From: PVC group bacterium
GTDB lineage: Bacteria; Auribacterota; Erginobacteria; Erginobacterales; Erginobacteraceae
DNA: 54,223 nucleotides
Reading direction: 5' to 3'
NCBI GenBank assembly: GCA_043804695.1
Contig: JAZDIV010000127.1
Coordinates: 1-54,223 of the forward strand
Positions 27,177-35,512 of this stretch are shown here, in pieces (positions within the stretch are counted from its first letter, which is position 1; each line of letters opens with the position of its first letter). The translations under genes and the position numbers were made by a program. The notes beneath the pieces are model-generated. The model was not told the DNA's origin, did not search any database, and was given only the letters and a program-made list of their open reading frames with translations.

Positions 27177-27578
27177 ATGCCCGAGGCGACATTACTCCAG
27201 AAGTTTATTGATCCGGCCCTGATCCGGCAGCTGGGCCTGCCGGAAAAGATGCTCGGCTCTCTCTACGTCACGGCCCTGGGGATGGCGATCACGTTCATCG
27301 TGCTGGGACTGGTGTGGGCGGTCGTCGGCCTCTTTTCGAGACTGAGTGCCCCCGCGGCCGCGAAAGAGGCAAAAATCCCGCCGGCCGCCGGACGGCCCCG
27401 GCCGGAAACGGCGGCCGAAGACGCCGGGGAAACGGTGGCCGTCATCATCGCCGCAGTAGCCGACTGTCTGAACGTCCCCCCGGACCGGATCAGGGTGAGA
27501 AATATCACCCGGGGAGCGGACACCACCCCTCCCTGGGGGAGGATGGGCAGGGTGGATCAGTTGAACAACAGCCGGTGA
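27177..27578 (+). CDS. OadG/MmdD-like small membrane subunit of Na+-pumping decarboxylase
   Basis: Single TM helix (GMAITFIVLGLVWAVVGLF), a Pro/Ala linker and a VAVIIAAVA segment, as in OadG-family proteins. Confidence 0.7.
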   Translation: MPEATLLQKFIDPALIRQLGLPEKMLGSLYVTALGMAITFIVLGLVWAVVGLFSRLSAPAAAKEAKIPPAAGRPRPETAAEDAGETVAVIIAAVADCLNVPPDRIRVRNITRGADTTPPWGRMGRVDQLNNSR

Positions 27579-27603
27579 CCGGCGCCAGGAGAAGGAGAAT
27601 AAA

Positions 27604-27972
27604 ATGAGAAAATTCAATGTGCGGGTAAATGGGAGGCCCTACGAGGTCGAAGTGGAGGAGGTGGCGGGACGCCCGGCCGCCGACGGACCCCTCCCCTCCC
27701 CTGTCCGGCGCTCCGCCCCGGAGCCCCCGAAAAAACCGGCTCCCGCCGCCGGGGCCGCCGGCACCACCGTCTTCTCACCCATGCCGGGAACGATTCTGGC
27801 CATCAAGGTCACTGAAGGGGAGATGGTGGTGCAGGGGCAGGTGCTCCTGATCCTGGAAGCGATGAAGATGGAAAACGAGATCCCGGCCCCGGTGGCAGGG
27901 AAGATCATCTCGGTCGCGGCCGCCAAGGGGGCCACGGTCAACACGGGGGACGCCCTGGTGGTCATTCAATAG
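27604..27972 (+). CDS. Biotin carboxyl carrier subunit of the decarboxylase
   Basis: Pro/Ala linker, then LILEAMKMENEI biotinyl-lysine motif. Confidence 0.85.
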   Translation: MRKFNVRVNGRPYEVEVEEVAGRPAADGPLPSPVRRSAPEPPKKPAPAAGAAGTTVFSPMPGTILAIKVTEGEMVVQGQVLLILEAMKMENEIPAPVAGKIISVAAAKGATVNTGDALVVIQ

Positions 27973-27982
27973 GTGACTCCGG

Positions 27983-29113
27983 ATGGGTGAAGCAATCTCC
28001 CAATTTATCGGAAGCACCGGCGTGACCGGGCTGTGGCCCGGCAACGCGGTGATGATCGCCATCGCCTTCATCCTCTTTTACCTGGGGATCAAGAAGGGAT
28101 TCGAACCCCTGCTCCTGATCCCGATCGCCTTCGGCATGTTTCTGACCAACCTCCCCCTGGCCGGGCTGATGGAACCCGGGCGGGCGGGAACGGCCGGCGG
28201 CCTCCTCTGGTACTTTTATCTCGGCAACGAGCTGGGGATCTGGCCCCCGATCATCTTTGCCGGGATCGGGGCCATGATCGATTTCGGACCCCTGATCGCC
28301 GATCCCAAGTCACTGCTGCTGGGCGCGGCGGCGCAGTTCGGCATCTTCACCACCTTCGCCGGGGCCATTTTACTGGGCTTCACCGGCCAGGAGGCCTCTT
28401 CCATCGGCATCATCGGCGGCGCCTCCGGCCCGACGGCGATCTGGCTCACCGTCAAGCTGGCGCCGAAGCTGCTCGGCCCCATCGCCGTGGCGGCCTATTC
28501 CTACATGGCCCTGGTCCCGATCATCCAGCCCCCGATCATGCGGCTGCTGACGACCCGGAAGGAGCGGGGGATCAAGATGGAGCAGCTGCGCCCGGTCTCG
28601 AAGACCGAGAAGATACTCTTCCCGATCCTGGTAACTCTGCTCGTTTCGCTGATCGTCCCTCCCGCGGCCACGCTGATCGGCATGCTGATGCTCGGCAACC
28701 TGCTCAAGGAGTCGCTGGTGGTGGAGAGGCTGAAAGACACGGTCGCCAACGCCATGATGAACATAGTCATACTTCTGCTGGGACTGGCCGTCGGGGCCAG
28801 CGCCACGGCGGAGCAGTTCCTCACCCTTCGGACCATTCAGATCATCATCCTGGGGCTGCTCTCGTTCGCGGTCGGGACGGCCGCGGGGGTTCTGCTCGCC
28901 AAGCTGATGAACAAGCTCTCGGGGGGAAAAGTCAACCCGCTGATCGGCTCGGCCGGCGTCTCCGCGATCCCGATGTCGGCCCGGGTCTCCCAGAAGCTCG
29001 GCCAGGAAGAAAACCCTTCGAACTTCCTCCTCATGCACGCGATGGGGCCGAACGTCGCCGGGGCGATCGGGGCGGCGGTGGTGGCCGGCGTCATGCTGGC
29101 GCTTTTCGGATAG
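27983..29113 (+). CDS. Na+-translocating decarboxylase beta subunit (OadB/MmdB/GcdB family)
   Basis: 376-aa polytopic protein. The N-terminus GLWPGNAVMIAIAFILFYLGIKKGFEPLLLIPIAFG is typical of OadB. Confidence 0.85.
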   Translation: MGEAISQFIGSTGVTGLWPGNAVMIAIAFILFYLGIKKGFEPLLLIPIAFGMFLTNLPLAGLMEPGRAGTAGGLLWYFYLGNELGIWPPIIFAGIGAMIDFGPLIADPKSLLLGAAAQFGIFTTFAGAILLGFTGQEASSIGIIGGASGPTAIWLTVKLAPKLLGPIAVAAYSYMALVPIIQPPIMRLLTTRKERGIKMEQLRPVSKTEKILFPILVTLLVSLIVPPAATLIGMLMLGNLLKESLVVERLKDTVANAMMNIVILLLGLAVGASATAEQFLTLRTIQIIILGLLSFAVGTAAGVLLAKLMNKLSGGKVNPLIGSAGVSAIPMSARVSQKLGQEENPSNFLLMHAMGPNVAGAIGAAVVAGVMLALFG

Positions 29114-29153
29114 GCACGGCCGCAGCCGGAACAACGATCGGAGATTGTGTCGC

Positions 29154-29690
29154 ATGAAAATCAAGTACCTCTTCAAGATCCAGAATATCATCGACAACGA
29201 GATCAGGAGAATCTGCCAGAGCGACGGCGAGGCCCTGGACAGAAATCACCTGGTCAAAACCCAGATCCTGGCTCTGGAAGTCAAGACCGCGGAACTGGCG
29301 AACCTGACCAAATGCTACAAATACCCGGCCGTGGCCAAAAAGTTCGAGAAGAAAAAGCTGCTGATCCGGTACATAGACTGCTTCAAGTTCCTGCTCTCGA
29401 TCGGGAACGACAACGAGTTCAACATCGTCAACTTCAACCTGAAGGACATACCCGAATGTACTGAGGAAAACCTGGTGGACGTTTTTCTCCGCATATTTGA
29501 CCGGATCACGGAACTGAAGAAAAACCTCTTTGCCGGCAATTACATGCCCAGCATCATCGCCTACATGGAGATTTTCAAGGAATTCATTCTCATCGGCTAC
29601 ATGCTCGGAATCACCTTCGAAGAGGTTTTCGAATACTACGACACGCTCTACAAGGGCATGGTCCAGACGGCCGAGCCGCCTAGAACTTAG
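29154..29690 (+). CDS. All-alpha dimeric-dUTPase-like (dUTPase_2 / MazG-like) protein, tentative
   Basis: ILALEVKTAELANLTKCYKY and LLIRYIDCFKFLLSIG resemble the dimeric dUTPase pattern. The gene is visibly more AT-rich than its neighbours. The stop codon lies inside a repeat. Confidence 0.45.
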   Translation: MKIKYLFKIQNIIDNEIRRICQSDGEALDRNHLVKTQILALEVKTAELANLTKCYKYPAVAKKFEKKKLLIRYIDCFKFLLSIGNDNEFNIVNFNLKDIPECTEENLVDVFLRIFDRITELKKNLFAGNYMPSIIAYMEIFKEFILIGYMLGITFEEVFEYYDTLYKGMVQTAEPPRT

Positions 29691-29775
29691 CCCTCGCTTC
29701 TCGGGTAACGTTCTGAAGTGCCTAAAGTTTTCAGCCAGAGGCTGATCCGCCTCCGGCGGAGAAGTGCCTAAAGTT
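29684..29775. repeat. Left copy of a ~95-bp inverted repeat pair flanking birA
   Basis: aacttagccctcgcttc...aacgttctgaagtgcctaaagttttcagccagaggctgatccgcctccggcggagaagtgcctaaagtt. Its reverse complement is at 31157-31259, with a 68-nt perfect core. Confidence 0.9.
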
Positions 29776-29920
29776 AAATAACTGCTCGCCGCCTTCGGAG
29801 TGAAAGCGAGCTATTGTTCAGTATTTTAACAATCATTAAAATTCCCTGCCTGCCGCCTGCCTGCCGGTAGGCAGGGCAGGCAGGCGAAGTAGCAAGTTAG
29901 CGCCTTCGGCGCAATTTCTT

Positions 29921-30024
29921 ACCACTAAGACACCAAGACACCAAAAATAAAAACAATTAAAAATCATTACATAACCTATTTCCATAATTTTTTTGGTGTA
30001 CTTAGTGTCTTTGTGTCTTGGTGG
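29921..30024. repeat. CCACCAAG-arm inverted-repeat element
   Basis: accactaagacaccaagacaccaa ... ttggtgtacttagtgtctttgtgtcttggtgg. Confidence 0.85.
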
Positions 30025-30119
30025 TTGAAATTTTTGTCCCGATTCATTTATTCAAAAGTATTGTTATCGGGATTCCAAAGCAGTCAATCAGCCCGCGGTG
30101 ACTGATCTTCACCAGGGAG

Positions 30120-30932
30120 ATGGATACGACAGATTCGCTCTCGGAGGAGATCCTCCGTAACGCTCTGGGGTCAGCCCGGTTCGGGAAGACCGTTTATTAC
30201 TTCCCGGCCATCGGCTCGACCAATGATTTCGCCCGGGAACTGGCCTCCGGCGGCGCGGCGGAAGGCGCCGTCGTCGTGAGCGGGGAACAGATCCGGGGCC
30301 GGGGAAGGCAGGGGAGGCGGTGGATCTCCGCTCCCGGCGCCGGGATCTACCTCTCGATCATCCTTCGCCCCGGTCTGCCCCCCGCGAATGCCACAGGGAT
30401 AACCCTGCTGGCGGCGGTGGCGACCGCCCGGGCGATCGATACCGTCACCGGTCTGAGGCCCGGGATAAAATGGCCGAACGACATCCTGATCGGGGGAAAG
30501 AAAATCTGCGGCATCCTGACCGAGGCGGGCTCCGACCGGGCCGGAGAAAAATACCTGATCCTGGGAATCGGCGTCAACGTCAACAATGACGAGTTCCCCC
30601 CGGAAATTCGAAAGAGCGCCTCATCGCTGAAGATGCGACTGGGGCGGGCGGTAAGCCGGAAAAAGCTCATCGTCGAGATCATCCATCGGATCGAGGAGTC
30701 CTATCCGGACTTTTCCGCCCGGGGCGACCTCTCAAAAATCATCGTCGTTTATCGCCGGTTCTCGGTAACGCTCGGGCAACAGGTGCGGGTGGAGGGATAC
30801 CGGGGCGGCTTTCAGGGGCGGGCCCTTGATGTCGCGGCCGACGGGTCCCTCCTGGTGAAAAAAGAAAACGGCGAGGTGACGGCGGTGCGTTCGGGGGAAA
30901 TCACCCCTCTTATTTTTTCTTCGAAAAAATAA
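30120..30932 (+). CDS. birA: Biotin-[acetyl-CoA-carboxylase] ligase (class I, no N-terminal HTH)
   Basis: GRGRQGRRW and KWPNDILIGGKKICGILTE motifs. 270 aa. The last ~8 codons are encoded by a family G repeat. Confidence 0.9.
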   Translation: MDTTDSLSEEILRNALGSARFGKTVYYFPAIGSTNDFARELASGGAAEGAVVVSGEQIRGRGRQGRRWISAPGAGIYLSIILRPGLPPANATGITLLAAVATARAIDTVTGLRPGIKWPNDILIGGKKICGILTEAGSDRAGEKYLILGIGVNVNNDEFPPEIRKSASSLKMRLGRAVSRKKLIVEIIHRIEESYPDFSARGDLSKIIVVYRRFSVTLGQQVRVEGYRGGFQGRALDVAADGSLLVKKENGEVTAVRSGEITPLIFSSKK

Positions 30933-30944
30933 GAATGTGCAAGC
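30909..30944. repeat. Family G hairpin overlapping the 3' end of birA
   Basis: ctcttattttttcttcgaaaaaataagaatgtgcaagc. Supplies ..LIFSSKK-stop. Confidence 0.75.
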
Positions 30945-31015
30945 ATTGAATCAACATCACAGGAATATTTGAAATTATTAATGAGATCGTTTTACTATTT
31001 ACATCATAGATTGCA

Positions 31016-31094
31016 GTCATTGCGAGCGCAGCGAAGCAATCTCTTGTTGTGCAAAGAGTTGAGACTGCTTCGTCGCGTTGCTCCTCGCAGTGAC
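31016..31094. repeat. GTCATTGCGAG inverted-repeat element
   Basis: gtcattgcgagcgcagcgaagcaatc ... ctgcttcgtcgcgttgctcctcgcagtgac. Confidence 0.8.
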
Positions 31095-31156
31095 ATGTCA
31101 ATACAATTATGGACTCCTTAGTAAATTCGTGTAATTCGCGTAATTCGTAGTTTTTT

Positions 31157-31259
31157 AACTTTAGGCACTTTAGGCACTTCTCCGCCGGAGGCGGATCAGC
31201 CTCTGGCTGAAAACTTTAGGCACTTCAGAACGTTGCCCGCGCGAAGCGAGGGCTAAGTT
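31157..31259. repeat. Right copy of the ~95-bp inverted repeat pair; ends 2 nt before ATG 31262
   Basis: Reverse complement of 29684-29775 with one extra gcctaaagt unit and a few changes near the cgaagcgagggctaagtt end. Confidence 0.9.
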
Positions 31260-31261
31260 TT

Positions 31262-32200
31262 ATGCTCCCTCTGTACCTCAACACCAAGGCTTTTTTTCAT
31301 CACATCGCCCTTTTTTTCAAGGGGATCAAGGTCTTCGCGCTGGTCGGCAAGAGCGGAACCGGCAAGAGCTTCCGGGCCCAGCTGATCGCCCATAGGTTCA
31401 ACATTGACATCATCATCGACGACGGGCTGGCCATCAAAGACCAGCGGATCCTGGCCGGGCGATCGGCCAAAAAAGAGAAGCAGTCGTACACGGCGGTCAA
31501 GACCGCCCTTTTCTATGATGAGCACCACGCCCGGGAAGTTATCGACCGGCTGAAGGTGGAGGATTTTCAAAAGGTCCTGATCGTCGGCACCTCTGAAAAG
31601 ATGGCCAGGATCATCGCCTACCGGCTGGGACTGCCGGAACCAAGCCGGATCATCAAAATCGAGGATATCGCCACCGAGGAGGAGATCGAAGCCGCCGCCC
31701 GATCCCGCAAGACCAGCGGCAAGCACATCATTCCGGTCCCGGCGATCGAGGTCAAGCGGGAGCACCAGCACATCTTCCTCGATACGGTGCAGGTTTTCCT
31801 GAAGCGGAGCATCTTCTTCTGGAGAAAGAAAAAAACTTTTGAAAAGACACTGGTGCGCCCCGAATACAGCGAGAAAGGGACGGTGAAGATTTCGGAAAGC
31901 GCGTTGAGCCAGATGGTGATCCACTGCGTGAACGAGTACAATCCCGAACTTAAGATCATGAAAATCGTCGTGACCCCGGCAGGAGGCTCCTACTCACTGG
32001 AAGTCATCCTCCGGCTGCCCTTCGGGATGAAGATCAGCGGACGGATCCACGGCCTCCAAGTCTACATCCTCGAAAACATCGAGCAGTTTACCGGCCTGGA
32101 CCTGAAGAAGGTCAACGTGACGATCGGGTCCGTCTCCCGGCCGGGGAAGCGAGAGCGGCGGTGGCTGCGGTCTTTGATGAAAGATGAAGAAGAGGGATAA
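31262..32200 (+). CDS. P-loop NTPase fused to an Asp23/Gls24-like domain (hypothetical)
   Basis: Walker A GKSGTGKS at 31346-31369. The C-terminal ~110 aa (GTVKISESALSQMV...KVNVTIGSV) resemble Asp23-family proteins. Confidence 0.6.
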   Translation: MLPLYLNTKAFFHHIALFFKGIKVFALVGKSGTGKSFRAQLIAHRFNIDIIIDDGLAIKDQRILAGRSAKKEKQSYTAVKTALFYDEHHAREVIDRLKVEDFQKVLIVGTSEKMARIIAYRLGLPEPSRIIKIEDIATEEEIEAAARSRKTSGKHIIPVPAIEVKREHQHIFLDTVQVFLKRSIFFWRKKKTFEKTLVRPEYSEKGTVKISESALSQMVIHCVNEYNPELKIMKIVVTPAGGSYSLEVILRLPFGMKISGRIHGLQVYILENIEQFTGLDLKKVNVTIGSVSRPGKRERRWLRSLMKDEEEG

Positions 32201-33356
32201 GGTCTATCTCGATCAGGCCGCCACCTCGTTTCCGAAACCGGAGGCGGTCTATCGGGCCGCCGACGAGTTCGCCAGAACGGTCGGGATCGGCAACGACCGG
32301 GGCTTTTACCGCGAGAGCCGGGCGGCCGGCCGGCTCTACGATCAGGCCCGGGCGGGCCTGGCCGGTCTGATCAACTGCCGGGCCGGGGACCTGATCTTCA
32401 CCTCCGGCGCCACGGAATCATTGAACACCGTCATCCTCGGCTGCCTCCGGGCGGGGGACCACGCCATCATCTCTCCTTTCGAACACAACTCCCTGGTCCG
32501 CCCGCTGGCTGCCCTGTTCGATCGCCCCGGCGTCGCCGTCACCCGGCTCGACGGCTCGCTCAGGGACGGCATCGATCTCGACAGATGCGAACAGGCGATC
32601 CGGCCCGAAACCAGGATGTGCCTGATCAATCACATTTCCAACGCCTTCGGCATCGTGGCGCCGATTAAAGAACTGGGAGAGATCCTCCGGCGACATCCCG
32701 GCATCATTTTCGTCCTCGACGCCGCACAAAGTCTGGGAACCTATCCGATCGACGTGGAGGAGATGGGGATCGATTTCCTCGCCTTCTCGGGGCACAAGGG
32801 GCTCCTGGGGCCGACCGGCACCGGGGGATTCTTCATCCGCCCGACCCTGGCCGACAAGGTCCGTCCGCTCAAGTTCGGGGGAACCGGGATCCGGTCGACC
32901 CGGGAGGTCTTCATCGACGAACTTCCCCATAAATATGAAGTCGGCACCCAGAACAGCTGGGGGCTCGCCGGACTGCAGGCGGGCGTCGAGTTCATCCGGG
33001 CGAAAACCGTCCCCGTCATTCATCGTCACATCGAAAACCTCACCCGGCTCGCGGCCGCGGGGCTGAGGCGGATCGAATCGCTCACACCCTGTTTCCCCTC
33101 CCCCGGAATTCACCACGGCGTGGTTTCTTTCAACCTCGGCGGTCTCCACCCCCGGGAGACGGCCAGCCTGCTCGACCGGGTCTTCAACATCAAGGTCAGG
33201 GACGGGCTCCACTGCGCGCCGGACGCGCACCGCGCCGCCGGCACTTTTCCGGACGGCACCGTCCGGGCCAGCTTCGGGATCTTCAACACCGAAGACGATG
33301 TCCGATATCTCTGCGAAGCACTCTCGGAAATTGCTCAATCCTTTAAAGGGAAATGA
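32184..33356 (+). CDS. Class-V aminotransferase-fold PLP enzyme (cysteine desulfurase/selenocysteine lyase-like)
   Basis: YLDQAATS start and FSGHKGLLGPTGTG PLP-lysine motif. Overlaps the upstream gene by 17 nt. Confidence 0.8.
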   Translation: MKKRDKVYLDQAATSFPKPEAVYRAADEFARTVGIGNDRGFYRESRAAGRLYDQARAGLAGLINCRAGDLIFTSGATESLNTVILGCLRAGDHAIISPFEHNSLVRPLAALFDRPGVAVTRLDGSLRDGIDLDRCEQAIRPETRMCLINHISNAFGIVAPIKELGEILRRHPGIIFVLDAAQSLGTYPIDVEEMGIDFLAFSGHKGLLGPTGTGGFFIRPTLADKVRPLKFGGTGIRSTREVFIDELPHKYEVGTQNSWGLAGLQAGVEFIRAKTVPVIHRHIENLTRLAAAGLRRIESLTPCFPSPGIHHGVVSFNLGGLHPRETASLLDRVFNIKVRDGLHCAPDAHRAAGTFPDGTVRASFGIFNTEDDVRYLCEALSEIAQSFKGK

Positions 33357-33629
33357 GCCACCAAGGCACCAAGACACCAAGAAAACTGAAAAAGTACAAT
33401 AAAATGATTCCAACAAGATTAAGAAAATTAGGTCGGCCTGGAATCGATTGGACTGTTGCCAAATTATCATAATATCGGACCTTGAATAACGGCCACATAA
33501 TCCTTGTCTCATCCGATTTGTTGCCTGCTTGCAAACTGATTATACGATCTTCATTCTCTTTAACTTAACTTGGTGCCTTTGTGTCTTGGTGGCAAAAAAG
33601 GGGGCGAGGTAGGGTAGTGTCTCGGTGGC
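33357..33629. repeat. CCACCAAG-arm element with extended right arm and ~190-nt loop
   Basis: Begins the nucleotide after the TGA stop. The right arm cttggtgcctttgtgtcttggtggc is followed by aaaaaagggggcgaggtagggtagtgtctcggtggc. Confidence 0.85.
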
Positions 33630-33645
33630 AAATACAGGAGTTCTG

Positions 33646-34338
33646 ATGAAGTGGGAGAGAAAATCCGGCATCATGCTCGCCCTTGACGTCGGGACCGGGG
33701 CGGAGGCTTTCAGCCTGCTCGACCGGGTGGCGGGCGGGATCGATGTGATTAAGTTCAATTACCCGCTGGTGCTCCGGGAGGGGATGGAGATCATCTCCAC
33801 AGTCAAGGAACGGTACCGGAAACCCATCCTGGCCGACTTCAAAATCGCCGACGTCCCGGTGACCAACAACCGGATCATCCGTCTCTGCCGCGAGGCCGGG
33901 GCCGATGGGGTGATGGTCCAGGGTTTTATCGGGATCGACGCCATCCAGTCGGCGATCGAGGCGGCGGGGGTGGTGAAGATCTTTGTCGTGACGCAGCTCA
34001 CCAATCCCGGAGGGCTCGATTTCACGGCCCGGTTCACCGAGGAGTTCGCCGGACTGGCCCGGATGCTGGGCGCGGCCGGCGTCCAGGCGCCCGGAAACCG
34101 TCCCGAGGTGGTGGCCAGAGTCCGGGAGATCGTCGGAGAAGAGCTGATGATCGTCTGCTGCGGGATCGGCGCCCAGGGGGGCGCGTTCGGCCGGGCGATT
34201 GAAGCGGGCGGCGACTTCGAGATCATCGGCCGGGCCATCTACGAAGCGGAAGACCCGGCGCGGGCCGTCCGGGAGATCAAAGACGCCATCGCCTCTTTTC
34301 TGCCACCAAGGCACCAAGTCACCAAGAGAAGCAAATAA
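33646..34338 (+). CDS. pyrF: Orotidine-5'-phosphate decarboxylase
   Basis: LALDV..., ILADFKIADVP (DxKxxD) and a C-terminal IIGRAIY motif. The C-terminal LPPRHQVTKRSK-stop is encoded by a repeat arm. Confidence 0.8.
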   Translation: MKWERKSGIMLALDVGTGAEAFSLLDRVAGGIDVIKFNYPLVLREGMEIISTVKERYRKPILADFKIADVPVTNNRIIRLCREAGADGVMVQGFIGIDAIQSAIEAAGVVKIFVVTQLTNPGGLDFTARFTEEFAGLARMLGAAGVQAPGNRPEVVARVREIVGEELMIVCCGIGAQGGAFGRAIEAGGDFEIIGRAIYEAEDPARAVREIKDAIASFLPPRHQVTKRSK

Positions 34339-34669
34339 AAGAGAAGAGCAGAGAGTTATTAAGGAAAGTATGGAATAGGTTGCATGTCATTCAGACTGTG
34401 TCGCAATCGCCATTTTAAACGTTTTCAATGTCATTGCGAGCCCCGGAGGGGCGAGGCGATCTGACCCGAAGGGTCATCCTGAACGAAGTGAAGGATCTCT
34501 ATAGATCCCTCGTTTCACTCGGGACGATGCTACGCATCGGATTGCTTCGGCCTACGGCCTCGCAATGACGTGTAATTAAATCCTCATTTATAAATATTTC
34601 TTAGTGATTCTTGGTGTCTTAGTGTCTTGGTGGCAAAAAGGGGCCGTGGTAGGGGCAGTGTCTTGGTGG
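34302..34669. repeat. CCACCAAG-arm element containing a nested GTCATTGCGAG element (34430-34569)
   Basis: Left arm gccaccaaggcaccaagtcaccaag. Right arm cttagtgattcttggtgtcttagtgtcttggtggc plus the extended ggggccgtggtaggggcagtgtcttggtgg. Confidence 0.85.
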
Positions 34670-34998
34670 TGAAAATACAGGATTTAAATCTGAGCGTTCA
34701 CGAATACTGCCACGAGGAGAGCACGGTCACCGTCCAGGGAACCGTCCCTCACCCGCTCGACCTGCCGGCCCTGGCCCGCGCGGGGAAAAAGCTCACGGAG
34801 CAGGTCATGCTGATGGACCGTCTGGAGGTCCTCTATCTCACGCTGGGGGGGGTGACCGTGCACATCCACCGCAACGGGGAGATCGTCGTCAACCGGGTCG
34901 GCTCCATCGAGGAAGCGGAGAGAATACTGTCCCTGCTCCTGGGCGATGACAATCGCTCAGAGCCGGCGCCTCGGGGGAAGAATCCCATTGAAAAATAA
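34627..34998 (+). CDS. Small hypothetical protein (start uncertain)
   Basis: The ORF begins inside the repeat arm. The real start may be GTG ~34670 or ATG 34807. No recognisable motif, but codon usage is consistent with coding. Confidence 0.35.
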   Translation: MVAKRGRGRGSVLVVKIQDLNLSVHEYCHEESTVTVQGTVPHPLDLPALARAGKKLTEQVMLMDRLEVLYLTLGGVTVHIHRNGEIVVNRVGSIEEAERILSLLLGDDNRSEPAPRGKNPIEK

Positions 34999-35068
34999 AG
35001 AATACCCGGCTACCATTTCTTCAAGAGATTGTTACTGAAGCCGTTCCTTACGATCGGGGGTATCAACG

Positions 35069-35512
35069 ATGGATAAAAACGACCTCTTTGAACTGCTGCG
35101 ATGGTTTGAAAAGAGCACTCTTTCCGAGATCGCGCTGGAGAGACCCGACACCAAAGTGGTGATGAAAAAGGGAGGGGCGATCGCCGCCGGGGAGGCCGGC
35201 GCCTCCCCTCCGGGGGGCCTTCATTCCTCCCCGCCCCCGGCAGTCCCGGCGGCGGCTCCGGAAGAGGGCACCGAGGTGATCACCGCGCCGATGGTAGGAA
35301 CGTTTTACCGGTCGCCGGCGTCGGACGCGCCGCCGTTCGTGGAAGCCGGGGTGAAGGTCACCAAAGGCAAGCCCCTCTGTATCCTGGAAGCGATGAAGGT
35401 CATGAACGAGCTGGTGGCGGAGTTCGACTGCGAAATCATCGAGATCCTGGCCCGCAACACCTCCCTGGTCGAGTACGGCACTCCCCTCTTCCGGGTGCGG
35501 CGAGATGATTGA
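35069..35512 (+). CDS. accB: Acetyl-CoA carboxylase biotin carboxyl carrier protein
   Basis: CILEAMKVMNEL biotinylation motif with an Ala/Pro linker. Confidence 0.9.
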   Translation: MDKNDLFELLRWFEKSTLSEIALERPDTKVVMKKGGAIAAGEAGASPPGGLHSSPPPAVPAAAPEEGTEVITAPMVGTFYRSPASDAPPFVEAGVKVTKGKPLCILEAMKVMNELVAEFDCEIIEILARNTSLVEYGTPLFRVRRDD

